Source of the DNA: a bacterium
Lineage (GTDB): Bacteria > Patescibacteriota > Minisyncoccia > UBA6257 > 02-FULL-45-10c
NCBI GenBank assembly: GCA_021786945.1
Contig: JAJYMK010000003.1
Span: 151,299 to 215,298, forward strand
Direction of reading: 5' to 3'
Length of the DNA stretch: 64,000 bases
Part shown: piece by piece, positions 28,741 to 38,354 of the stretch
How the letters are laid out: every line of letters starts with the position of its first letter
Numbering within the stretch: the first letter of the stretch is position 1
Program-made: the position numbers and the translations under genes
Notes under the pieces: model-generated
The model's database searches: none
Told to the model about the DNA's origin: nothing
The model's input: the letters and a program-made list of their open reading frames with translations, nothing else

Positions 28741-28812
28741 GTGTGCTCACCTCCAATTTTGATTAAAGAACCGGATAGAAATATACCCCGTTTTTATTTT
28801 TAAGTCAATTTT

Positions 28813-30318
28813 TTATTTTAAATAGAAATAAAGAGCATTGTTTTCGGATCTGTCCTTTTCTTGTCCGGGTAGAAGATAGTGGATATTTTTTTCCGCTTGT
28901 TTTTTAAATGTAAAAGTATCGGTTATAAACATAACAGTTTGTGCCGGCATAGGAATACCGCGGACATCCGTGCCGCCGGTTCCAACAATGATATACTTCA
29001 TTGCATTTTGCGGTAAAGAGTTTAATTCATTGCCCAAATCAACATAGTTTTGGCTGAACGCATCTTTTACATTCTGATTTTGGCCCCATTCCAAGAAATA
29101 ATAATTATATGTTTGAACAATGAGACATGCAGAAAGAAGGATAAATGAATTTTTTATAAATTCATCATGGCGTTTATAAAATCCGGAAAATTTATTTCTG
29201 GAAATTTCGAATAATTTATAGGCGCCTGCACCCGCCAAAACAAAAATAGGCGGAATCATAAGTATTGATCTTAATGCGTGAGGGATGCTTTCGTTGGAAA
29301 CCACTACGGGAGCTGCGGCAACCGCAATCCATGCAAATAATACCAAGAATTCCCGAGCGGTTTTTTTGAATATGTTCTTTAACCCATAAAAAAGACCAAA
29401 AAGAAAAACAAGTCCTACCGGCCAATAAAGTTCCGGCTGTCCGGAAAAGTTGTGGCGCCAATTATAATCCCCGGAAAAATTAAACATTCCTAGGGTTTTT
29501 ACAACATTTAAACCAAGGTCTCTCAGGGGTGTGGGCGAATTGAAGACGGAAATTTGGGATGTGCGTCCGAAGAAGTCCTGAGGATTTTGGGTAAAATATC
29601 CTATAAACGGAAGGACGGCTATGAAAGCGAATAAAGAAAAAACCCTGAATACTTCCCAGACATCTTGCCGCCTGTTGTTTTTCAGCCAATAGATAAAAAA
29701 GATTATTAATATCAATAATGGAGTACCGCGATAGGCAATATAAGTATAAAATCCGGCGCCATAAATCAAACCGCTGAAAGCGGCCATGAGCCAAGCCGGA
29801 TGATCGGCGTGCAGAGGCTTATTGACTGTATTATTTCTTTTTATTGCCAAAATCAGAAGATAGGCGGACCATACAAGGAAAAACGGAGCCATTATGGCCC
29901 GGAAGCCGATGCGGGAGAAATTTATGTGCCAAAAAGAAATAGCTGCGAAAAAAGAAGATAATAGACCTATTGAAGCGTTACCAAAAAGGGTTGTTCCAAA
30001 AAAATAAATTCCCAAAACAGTTAGTATGCCTATGATTGCGCTAGGCAATCTTAGTACCCATGGATAGTTTCCTAGAAATTTTATAAAAAAAGCCTGAATA
30101 TTTATGAATAATCCTTCACGGCCGTTATTTTCCGGATAAAATATTTTGAAATTACCCGTATCCAATGCTTCCAGCGCGTTGTTGCCGTTCATCGCTTCGT
30201 CGGGATAAAGGCCGGGGGGGGTAGCGTTTATTCCGCCTAAATTATAAAACCTAAAAAAAGCGGCGATGATAATTATTATCAACAAAAAAAACGTTTGTTT
30301 GGATATTTTTTTGGCCAT
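28813..30318 (-). CDS. GT-C fold membrane glycosyltransferase (PMT/ArnT-like), second copy
   Basis: ATPPGLYPDEAMNGNNALEA, followed by more than 10 TM helices, as in dolichyl-phosphate-mannose-protein mannosyltransferase and ArnT. Confidence 0.65.
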   Translation of the reverse strand: MAKKISKQTFFLLIIIIIAAFFRFYNLGGINATPPGLYPDEAMNGNNALEALDTGNFKIFYPENNGREGLFINIQAFFIKFLGNYPWVLRLPSAIIGILTVLGIYFFGTTLFGNASIGLLSSFFAAISFWHINFSRIGFRAIMAPFFLVWSAYLLILAIKRNNTVNKPLHADHPAWLMAAFSGLIYGAGFYTYIAYRGTPLLILIIFFIYWLKNNRRQDVWEVFRVFSLFAFIAVLPFIGYFTQNPQDFFGRTSQISVFNSPTPLRDLGLNVVKTLGMFNFSGDYNWRHNFSGQPELYWPVGLVFLFGLFYGLKNIFKKTAREFLVLFAWIAVAAAPVVVSNESIPHALRSILMIPPIFVLAGAGAYKLFEISRNKFSGFYKRHDEFIKNSFILLSACLIVQTYNYYFLEWGQNQNVKDAFSQNYVDLGNELNSLPQNAMKYIIVGTGGTDVRGIPMPAQTVMFITDTFTFKKQAEKNIHYLLPGQEKDRSENNALYFYLK

Positions 30319-30346
30319 AAGTATATTATAATTATAGTATAAATCT

Positions 30347-30736
30347 ATGAATCAAAATTTTGAACGCAATGTATTTGAAAGAGATTTTCAGGCTTTCAGT
30401 AAGGAAATAAAAGAGCATCAGGAGAGAAATGGAATAGAAAATCTCAAGGAGGTCCATGTTAAGGATTATCTAAAATCAAAATTTACGGAATCTCAGCCGG
30501 TTTCGAAACAGCCAATGCAGATACAAGAGTCTGAATCTTTACCTGATTATCTTATTTCTGAGCCAAATGAAATAAAGGGGAGGGTTGAAAATCTCATTGC
30601 AATTGCTTTTAAAGACGGCATAGAAAGCGCAACAAAAGAAGCAAGGAAATCCGGACCGTTTATTTTGGATGCCTTTCATGATGCTTTAACATCAAAATTA
30701 TATTTGGAATTAAATAAAAGGGGCCTGCTGAAATAA
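30347..30736 (+). CDS. Hypothetical acidic protein, immediately upstream of the ATPase gene
   Basis: 129 aa, stop 2 nt before the next start. No recognised domain. Confidence 0.4.
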   Translation: MNQNFERNVFERDFQAFSKEIKEHQERNGIENLKEVHVKDYLKSKFTESQPVSKQPMQIQESESLPDYLISEPNEIKGRVENLIAIAFKDGIESATKEARKSGPFILDAFHDALTSKLYLELNKRGLLK

Positions 30737-30738
30737 AT

Positions 30739-33075
30739 ATGAATTTTTTATATATTGGTTTTGTATTTTTTATATTGTTTATCGGTGGTTACATAGTTTT
30801 TGTTTTATTTAAAAAAATAAAACACAAATATTTTCTTGATGCTTTAAAACTTAGAGCCTTATCTATAAAGATGATGCGTAAGTTTGATGAGGCTGACAAA
30901 GAGGCTTGGATGAAAGAAATTAATCAGTCCGGTCAATTAATGAGTATTTTGAGTAACTTAAAATCTCCTTTTTCTTTGGAGGTAGCGGTGAGTCATATCG
31001 GCGAGGAAATCATTTTTTATATTGCTGTTCCTGCCGATTCTGTCCAGTTTGCAATGAGGCAGATACAGGGTCTTTGGCCTGATTCACAAATTGAAGAGGT
31101 GGACGATTATAATATTTTTAACAATCAAGGATTTTCTTCTGGTATTTTTTTAAAACAAAAAAATAATGTTGTTTTGCCTTTTAGGACTTTTGAGGAAGCC
31201 AAGCTTGATACTTTTTTGCCTATTTTGAGTAATTTATCGAAAATTGAAGCATTAGGAGAGGGGGCTGCGTTACAGTTTATGGTTAAGCCGGTCCAACCAT
31301 CATTCAAAAAGAATTCTTTAAGAGTTTTGGAAAAACTAAAAAAGGGTAAAAAATTTGAAGAGGCTATAAAAGTTGAAAGCCCATTTATAACATTTAAGGA
31401 TATTAAAGAGGTCATCGCTGGTCCCGAAGAAAAGAAAAGCCAGGAAGAAAAAATAGTTATAGATGACGACACCATTAAAGCAATAGAAAAGAAGCTTTCT
31501 AAGCAGGTATTTTTGGTTAATGCTAGGCTTGTTGTGTCGGCGCCAAGTCAATTTAGAGCGGAAGAAATAATCAATAATCTTTCGGGATCTTTCGAACAGT
31601 TTAGCGCTCCTTTGAGAAACGAATTAAGACTCAGTAAGCCACGCAGCCAAAGCGATTTTATTTTTAAATTTATTTTTAGAGAATTTGATGATGGACAGGC
31701 AATGATTTTAGGGACGGATGAATTGGTTAGTTTATTTCATTTCCCGACTTCGGTTACGGAAATTCCTAAAATAAAATGGCTAAAATTCAGAGAGGTTGTT
31801 CCACCTTCAAATTTACCAAAGGACGGTGTATTAATAGGTAAGAGCATTTTCAGGAAAGATGAAAAGCCTGTATTTATAAGCGAAGAAGATAGGCGTAGGC
31901 ATATCTATATAATCGGTCAGACCGGAACCGGTAAATCAACTTTATTAAAAAATATGGCTGCAAGTGATATTGCCACTGGTAAGGGTTTGGCTATCATAGA
32001 TCCTCATGGAGATTTAGTTGAAGACGTTTTAGCTCTTATTCCGGAAAACAGAATTAATGATGTCGTTATCTTTGATCCGTCAGATGTTATGCGTCCGATA
32101 GGCTTAAATATGCTTGAATATGATTTGTCTAGACCCGAAGAAAAAACTTTTATAGTCAACGAAATTCAAAGCATTTTCAATAAATTGTTTTCCGCCGAAA
32201 GCATGGGGCCTATGTTTGAGCAATACATGCGCAATGCTTTGTTGCTTCTGATGGAAGATTCGGCCAATGAAATCCCAACATTTTTGGACGTGCCAAAGGT
32301 TTTTGTTGATTCTGATTTCAGATCGAAAAAACTGCAGCGTTGCCAGAATCCTGTTGTTAAAGATTTCTGGGAAAGAGAAGCTATTATGGTTGGAGGAGAG
32401 GCTTCTTTGCAAAATATAACTCCGTATATCACTTCAAAATTCAATAATTTTATTGCCAACGATTATATCAGGCCAATAATAAGTCAGCAAAAATCTTCCT
32501 TGAATTTCAGGGAAATGATGGATCAAGGAAAAATTCTTCTTGTAAATATGTCCAAAGGAAGAATAGGGGATATAAATGCCAGTCTTTTGGGTATGATTAT
32601 TGTCGGTAAAATTCTTATGTCTGCATTATCTCGTGCCGATATTTCAATGGAAAAAAGAAGAGATTTTAATCTTTATATTGATGAATTTCAGAATTTTACC
32701 ACTGATTCCATTTCGACTATTCTTTCGGAAGCCAGAAAGTACAGACTCAATCTTATTATCGCTCATCAATTTATAGCTCAAATTCCGGAAAAAATAAGAG
32801 ATTCCGTATTTGGCAATGTGGGTTCCACAATAGCATTTAGAGTTGGTCCAGACGATGCGGAGTATCTCGAAAAGGAATTTTCTCCTGTGTTTTCCAAAAA
32901 TGATTTGATGAATATCGATAATTTCAATGCTTATGTAAAAATTTTGATTAACAATGAAACAAGCAAGCCGTTTAATATCAAAATTATTGCTCCCCAAAAA
33001 GGAAATTCCGAGAGAAGAGATGCCATAAAAGAGATGTCGAGGGTTAAATATGGTTTCGATAGGACAATGATGTAA
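30739..33075 (+). CDS. Type IV secretion coupling-protein-like ATPase (TrwB/TraD/VirD4 AAD-binding, FtsK/HerA-superfamily P-loop), N-terminal TM anchor
   Basis: Walker A motif HIYIIGQTGTGKSTLLKNMAASDIATGKGLAIIDPHGDL, and Walker B motif FNLYIDEFQNF. 778 aa. Confidence 0.55.
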   Translation: MNFLYIGFVFFILFIGGYIVFVLFKKIKHKYFLDALKLRALSIKMMRKFDEADKEAWMKEINQSGQLMSILSNLKSPFSLEVAVSHIGEEIIFYIAVPADSVQFAMRQIQGLWPDSQIEEVDDYNIFNNQGFSSGIFLKQKNNVVLPFRTFEEAKLDTFLPILSNLSKIEALGEGAALQFMVKPVQPSFKKNSLRVLEKLKKGKKFEEAIKVESPFITFKDIKEVIAGPEEKKSQEEKIVIDDDTIKAIEKKLSKQVFLVNARLVVSAPSQFRAEEIINNLSGSFEQFSAPLRNELRLSKPRSQSDFIFKFIFREFDDGQAMILGTDELVSLFHFPTSVTEIPKIKWLKFREVVPPSNLPKDGVLIGKSIFRKDEKPVFISEEDRRRHIYIIGQTGTGKSTLLKNMAASDIATGKGLAIIDPHGDLVEDVLALIPENRINDVVIFDPSDVMRPIGLNMLEYDLSRPEEKTFIVNEIQSIFNKLFSAESMGPMFEQYMRNALLLLMEDSANEIPTFLDVPKVFVDSDFRSKKLQRCQNPVVKDFWEREAIMVGGEASLQNITPYITSKFNNFIANDYIRPIISQQKSSLNFREMMDQGKILLVNMSKGRIGDINASLLGMIIVGKILMSALSRADISMEKRRDFNLYIDEFQNFTTDSISTILSEARKYRLNLIIAHQFIAQIPEKIRDSVFGNVGSTIAFRVGPDDAEYLEKEFSPVFSKNDLMNIDNFNAYVKILINNETSKPFNIKIIAPQKGNSERRDAIKEMSRVKYGFDRTMM

Positions 33076-33077
33076 AA

Positions 33078-33108
33078 AAGACCCCGTTTAACGGGGTCTT
33101 TTATTTCC
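33078..33108 (+). terminator. Rho-independent terminator
   Basis: AAGACCCCGTttaACGGGGTCTTTTATTT. Confidence 0.65.
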
Positions 33109-33129
33109 AAAAATGATATAATTTTATAT

Positions 33130-34578
33130 ATGATTCTCATTAAACAGATTCAGATAGTTGATGGCAGCGGAAGCAAACCTTATTTCGGCGATATCCTTAT
33201 TAATGGAGAAAAAATTATTGCAATTGGAAAAAATCTTTCAAAAAAAAGAGCTGAAGAAGTGATTGATGGGCTTGGTTTAGTTGCGGCCCCGGGATTTATC
33301 GATGTAAATAATGATTCCGACCACCATCTTAGTCTTTTCACTAATCCTGGCCAAAATGATTATTTGAATCAAGGAATCACTTCAATTGTTGGCGGCCAGT
33401 GTGGAGCCTCTTTAGCCCCATTAATGTACGGTTCTTTGACTGCTATAGGACAATGGGTTAATACGGATAAAGTAAATGTAGGTTGGTCTTCGGTAGCTGA
33501 TTTAAAGAAAATATTATTAAGAATAGGTTTAAATATTAATTTTGAAACTTTAGTTGGATATTCTACATTGCGTAGGGATTTAGCTGGTACGGAAATACGT
33601 GATTTAACCGATTCGGAGATAAAAATTTTTCAGCATATTTTAGAGACGGCTTTAAATGATGGAGCGGTTGGACTTTCTACCGGCTTGGGATTTCTTGAGT
33701 CAAAATTCGTGCCTTATTCTGAGATAAAAAAAATTGTTTCAATAGTTGCAAATAAAGGCGGGGTTTATGCAACGCATTTGCGTGATGAAAAGGCAAATCT
33801 TTTGCATTCTGTTCAGGAGACTTTGATGTTGTCACGGGAAACCGGGGTAAAGACAATTATAAGTCATTTTCGCCCAATAAAGGGTTATGAAAAAGAGTTT
33901 GATGAATCTATGGCTCTTATTGAAAAAAGCTTGGTTGATTCAAATATTTATTTTGACATAAATCCATTTACAGCTACGGTTTTTCCTATCCATACATATC
34001 TTCCGTATTGGGCTCAAAATGAAAATATTGAAACAATGATGAGTAATATTAAAAATGACGATAGCAGGAAAAAGATCGTTGAAGAACTTAAAAATTCAGA
34101 CATTCAAGAACTTGTTATAGCCGATGTGAGGGGTCAGGAGCATTTAATAGGTAAAAGTTTATTGGAACTTTCCAGCGTCAGAGAAAAGGATATAATTTCT
34201 ACTTTATTAGATTTAATGGAGTCGAGTAAAATGCATGCTATGCTTATGTCAAAAAATTTAAATGCAGACTTATTAATGCCGCTTTTGACTCATCCGAGAT
34301 CTTTAATAGGTACAAATAGTTCCAGTTCTAAGCCGGGGCAATTTATAAAAGAAATTAGATTAGAGAGAACCACGTCAACTTTTTCGAAATATTTGGAAAT
34401 AGTTTTGAATCAAGGCATCCCTTTGGAGGTGGCAATAAAAAAAATAACTTATTTCCCGGCGCAAATTTTTGGGATCAGGAGAAGGGGACTCATAAAAGAA
34501 GGTTTTTTTGCGGATTTGGTTTTGTTGAGGGGCACTAAAGTAGAAAAAGTAATCAGAAATGGAAAGAAAATTCAATAA
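33130..34578 (+). CDS. Amidohydrolase superfamily protein (D-aminoacylase / N-acyl-D-amino-acid deacylase-like)
   Basis: ...IVDGSGSKPYFGDILINGEKIIAIGKN...VIDGLGLVAAPGFIDVNNDSDHH...: D-aminoacylase-like N-terminus, but the usual HxH metal motif is replaced by NND. Confidence 0.5.
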   Translation: MILIKQIQIVDGSGSKPYFGDILINGEKIIAIGKNLSKKRAEEVIDGLGLVAAPGFIDVNNDSDHHLSLFTNPGQNDYLNQGITSIVGGQCGASLAPLMYGSLTAIGQWVNTDKVNVGWSSVADLKKILLRIGLNINFETLVGYSTLRRDLAGTEIRDLTDSEIKIFQHILETALNDGAVGLSTGLGFLESKFVPYSEIKKIVSIVANKGGVYATHLRDEKANLLHSVQETLMLSRETGVKTIISHFRPIKGYEKEFDESMALIEKSLVDSNIYFDINPFTATVFPIHTYLPYWAQNENIETMMSNIKNDDSRKKIVEELKNSDIQELVIADVRGQEHLIGKSLLELSSVREKDIISTLLDLMESSKMHAMLMSKNLNADLLMPLLTHPRSLIGTNSSSSKPGQFIKEIRLERTTSTFSKYLEIVLNQGIPLEVAIKKITYFPAQIFGIRRRGLIKEGFFADLVLLRGTKVEKVIRNGKKIQ

Positions 34579-35662
34579 CAAACACAAGCCGGATTTTTTA
34601 ACTCTGGTTTTTATTTTTATAATCATTGCTTTCGGGCTGGTTATGCTTACCAGCGCTTCTTCTGATCTGGCCAAAAATAAATTTGGTAGTACATATTACT
34701 ATCTTAATCATCAGATTATTTATGGTTTTATTCCCGGTCTTTTCCTTTTTCTTTTTTTGTCTAATTTTTCTTATTTGAATATTAAAAAGTATGCCGCTTG
34801 GCTTCTGTCCTTTAATATAATTTTGTTGCTTTTGGTATTTTCTCCTCTAGGGGTTTCGGCCGGGGGTGCCGATCGCTGGCTCAATATTGGTGGTTTTGTT
34901 TTTCAGCCGTCCGAATTATTAAAAATCATTTTTATTATTTATATAGCCGCGTGGTTAAGTGGAAACGAAAAAAGGAAAAATAGTTTTTTGGGTGGATTTT
35001 TACCGTTTTTGATAATTTGCGGCGTAGTTGCTTTTTTGCTTATTATTCAGCCGACCACCAGTACTGTTGCTATCCTAATGGCAACGGCTTTAATTATTTA
35101 TTTTGCTAGTGGAGCAAGGATTTCTTATATTTTGGCAACTATAATTTTAGGACTTTCATTACTTTTGGCCGTTTCTTATTTTACTCCATATAGATGGCAG
35201 AGAATCATGAGCTTCGTTGATCCTAATCAGAATGTTTTGGGCGCCAGTTATCATATTCAACAGGCCTTGATTGCAATAGGCTCTGGCAATATTTTCGGAG
35301 TGGGTTACGGCCAATCGACCACAAAAATTAATTATTTACCGGAGCCGATAGGGGACTCTATTTTTGCGGTTATTGCCGAGGAGTTAGGTTTTGTTGGCAG
35401 CCTTGCACTTATTTTATGTTTTTTGATATTGATAACAAGAATATTTTTATTGGCTAAAAAAACGAATGATCAATTTGGGCAGCTCTTATTAATAGGTTTT
35501 GGGTCTATTATTGGTATTCAGGCTATTGTTAATATAGGTGCAATATCCGGAATATTGCCTTTAACGGGCATGCCGCTACCATTCATAAGCTATGGAGGAA
35601 GTTCGTTGGCTGTTTTTATGGGAATTTCGGGTATAATTATAAATATATCCAAGAATAATTAA
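34559..35662 (+). CDS. ftsW: SEDS family peptidoglycan glycosyltransferase FtsW/RodA
   Basis: ...LPEPIGDSIFAVIAEELGFVGS..., 10 TM, adjacent to murG. Confidence 0.88.
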   Translation: MERKFNNKHKPDFLTLVFIFIIIAFGLVMLTSASSDLAKNKFGSTYYYLNHQIIYGFIPGLFLFLFLSNFSYLNIKKYAAWLLSFNIILLLLVFSPLGVSAGGADRWLNIGGFVFQPSELLKIIFIIYIAAWLSGNEKRKNSFLGGFLPFLIICGVVAFLLIIQPTTSTVAILMATALIIYFASGARISYILATIILGLSLLLAVSYFTPYRWQRIMSFVDPNQNVLGASYHIQQALIAIGSGNIFGVGYGQSTTKINYLPEPIGDSIFAVIAEELGFVGSLALILCFLILITRIFLLAKKTNDQFGQLLLIGFGSIIGIQAIVNIGAISGILPLTGMPLPFISYGGSSLAVFMGISGIIINISKNN

Positions 35663-35674
35663 CTTGGTCATTTT

Positions 35675-36886
35675 ATGAAAAAGATAAGAATTTTATTGGT
35701 TGGCGGAGGCAGCGGTGGTCATATTTATCCGCTTATTGCCGTAGCTCAAAAAATACAAAGCTTTATCGGAGCTTCAGCTAAATTTAAAGCCGATTTACGA
35801 TATTTTGGAGATGCGGGAGATTATGAAAATTTATTGTCTGCCAACGGAATTAGGTGCTTTTATATTGTTTCCAGTAAACTAAGAAGATATTTCTCTTTGC
35901 GTAACTTTTTAGATGTTTTTAAATTTTTTATGGCTTTTTTCCATTCTCTTTGGAGAGTTTTTTGGTTTATGCCCGACGTTGTTTTTTCAAAGGGCGGCCC
36001 AGGTTCTTTGCCTATACTTTTTGCTTGTAAGTTATTTGCAATTCCGTTAGTAATTCATGAATCCGATAGCGTTCCTGGTTTAACAAATCTGATCAGTGGA
36101 AAAATAGCTAAAAAAATATTCCTATCTTTTGATTCGGCTAGAAAGTATTTTGTGAATAAAGATAATCAGGTTGTAGGAAATCCTATAAGAAGCGAATTAC
36201 TTTTAAATCAGGATGGCTTTGTTGCTAATTTATCCGATGAAGATGTACTTGCCTCCAAAAAACAATTCGGATTGGAAAATAAAAAACCAGTCTTATTAGT
36301 TTTGGGAGGCTCTCAGGGGGCCGTGGTAATAAATAATTTTGTACTTAAAAATATTGAATTTTTAACAAAAACTTTTTCGGTTTTGCATCAGACAGGGGAA
36401 GATAATTTCGAGGAATATAAAGCCGATTTTGATATCTTAAGTAAGGCGTTACCAGATGAAGTTAGGAATGATTATAAGTACTTTCCATATTTTGATGAGA
36501 ATCTAAAAAATGCATATATTGCTGCAGATTTGGTCTTGGCTCGTGCAGGCGCCGGAACTATTTTTGAATTAGCATATTTTGGCAAGCCTTCTGTTTTAAT
36601 TCCACTTCCTGATTCTGCCGGAGATCATCAGGCTATAAATGCTTCAGAATTTGCAGCTACGGGTGCAGCTTTGGACATTCAACAAGAGAATTTTTTAAGT
36701 CATTTAGTTTTAGTTCAACTTGAGAGTATAATCAATAATTCCGATAAATTAAAATCAATGAGCCGGGCTGCGACGGCTTTTTACAGACAATTTTCATCAG
36801 AAAATATCGCCGCTTATCTTTTGTCGTTTGGCGGGCTAAATATTTATCCGGATTCGGCCCCGATAAAAGAAGCCGTTTTAAAATAA
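35675..36886 (+). CDS. murG: UDP-GlcNAc:undecaprenyl-PP-MurNAc-pentapeptide GlcNAc transferase MurG
   Basis: ILLVGGGSGGHIYPLIAVAQ...: the GT28 N-terminal G-loop. The C-terminal domain has the donor-binding pattern. Confidence 0.88.
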   Translation: MKKIRILLVGGGSGGHIYPLIAVAQKIQSFIGASAKFKADLRYFGDAGDYENLLSANGIRCFYIVSSKLRRYFSLRNFLDVFKFFMAFFHSLWRVFWFMPDVVFSKGGPGSLPILFACKLFAIPLVIHESDSVPGLTNLISGKIAKKIFLSFDSARKYFVNKDNQVVGNPIRSELLLNQDGFVANLSDEDVLASKKQFGLENKKPVLLVLGGSQGAVVINNFVLKNIEFLTKTFSVLHQTGEDNFEEYKADFDILSKALPDEVRNDYKYFPYFDENLKNAYIAADLVLARAGAGTIFELAYFGKPSVLIPLPDSAGDHQAINASEFAATGAALDIQQENFLSHLVLVQLESIINNSDKLKSMSRAATAFYRQFSSENIAAYLLSFGGLNIYPDSAPIKEAVLK

Positions 36887-36903
36887 ATTTATAAATAATT
36901 ATT

Positions 36904-38343
36904 ATGTTTAATTTTTTAAAAAATATTTTAAGAAAAAAAGTAGTTGTAAGATTTGCTCCGAGTCCTACAGGTGAGCTCCATATCGGCGGCGCGCGCACGG
37001 CATTTTTTAATTATCTTTTTGCAAAGCATAATGGCGGAAAGTTTTTATTGAGAATAGAGGATACCGACAGAGAAAGATATGTCGAGGGTTCGGTGGAAAG
37101 AATTATTAAATCTTTAGCTTGGCTTGGATTAAATCCGGAAAATGCCGGAAAAATAATGGTTCAATCGGAAAGACTGAATATTTATAAAAAATATGCTTTT
37201 GAGCTGGTAGAAAAAGGAAATGCCTATGTTTGTATTTGCTCCAAAGAAAAATTAGCGGCTGATCAAGAAGCCCAGATGAAGGCGGGAAAACCCCCTATGT
37301 ATGCAGGTTATTGCCGCGAAGCCGGGATTAAAATTTCCGAAGTAGAAGGTAAAAAATCTTATGTCGTAAGAATGAAAATGCCGAAATCAGGGAAAATTAT
37401 AGTTGACGACCTTATCCGCGGAAGAGTTGAGTTTGACGCTTCGCTTATAGATGACCAGGTTTTACTTAAATCCGACGGTTATCCGACCTATCATTTAGCC
37501 AATATTATAGATGATCACGAAATGGGCATTACCCATGTAATTCGTGCCGAAGAATGGCTTCCGTCTACACCAAAACACAAGATTCTTTATAAGATGTTCG
37601 GGTGGCAGGAGCCGCAATTTGCTCACTTACCGATGATTTTAGCCCCCGACAAATCAAAGCTTTCAAAACGTCATGGCGCCACAGGTGTTTTTGAATATAA
37701 AAATTTGGGATATTTGCCGGAAGCCATTTTGAATTTTATAGGCCTGCTTGGCTGGCACCCTAAAGAAGACCGCGAGTTTCTGAGTTTGAAAGAAATGATA
37801 AAAGAATTTTCTTTGGATAGGGTCCAAAAAAGCGGAGCTATCTTTGATGTAAAAAAATTAAATTGGCTTAATTCGGAGCATATTAAAAAAGCTTCGGTTA
37901 CGGAATTAAAGCATTCTTTAGCGGATATTTTTGGACATGAATTTATTAAAAAAGATTTAATAGACAAGTTAATTTTTTTATCCAAAGAAAGAATGGAAAA
38001 ATTATCCGATTTCAAGGAAATGAATGAATTTTTCTTTAATTTGCCAAGTTATGAAAAGAGTATGCTTGTTTGGAAAAATTCTTCGCTGGAGAAGTCTCTG
38101 GAAAATTTGAAATTGGTATTGGAAAAAATTTCCGGAGTTGAAGAGTCTGATTTCAAAAAATCAAAACTGGAAAAAATCGTTATGCCCTTAGCGGATGAGC
38201 GTGGCAGGGGAGATGTGCTTTGGCCATTGAGAGTTTCTTTATCCGGAAAAGATAAATCTCCCGGTCCATTTGATATTATGGATATTCTGGGTAAGCAGGA
38301 AACGATTAGGCGCATAAACGTTGCTCTCGAAAAATTAAAATAA
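36904..38343 (+). CDS. gltX: Glutamyl-tRNA synthetase
   Basis: RFAPSPTGELHIGGARTAFFNYLFAK...LRIEDTDRER... and KLSKRHG (KMSKS-like). Confidence 0.92.
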   Translation: MFNFLKNILRKKVVVRFAPSPTGELHIGGARTAFFNYLFAKHNGGKFLLRIEDTDRERYVEGSVERIIKSLAWLGLNPENAGKIMVQSERLNIYKKYAFELVEKGNAYVCICSKEKLAADQEAQMKAGKPPMYAGYCREAGIKISEVEGKKSYVVRMKMPKSGKIIVDDLIRGRVEFDASLIDDQVLLKSDGYPTYHLANIIDDHEMGITHVIRAEEWLPSTPKHKILYKMFGWQEPQFAHLPMILAPDKSKLSKRHGATGVFEYKNLGYLPEAILNFIGLLGWHPKEDREFLSLKEMIKEFSLDRVQKSGAIFDVKKLNWLNSEHIKKASVTELKHSLADIFGHEFIKKDLIDKLIFLSKERMEKLSDFKEMNEFFFNLPSYEKSMLVWKNSSLEKSLENLKLVLEKISGVEESDFKKSKLEKIVMPLADERGRGDVLWPLRVSLSGKDKSPGPFDIMDILGKQETIRRINVALEKLK

Positions 38344-38354
38344 TTCAGGTTTTT

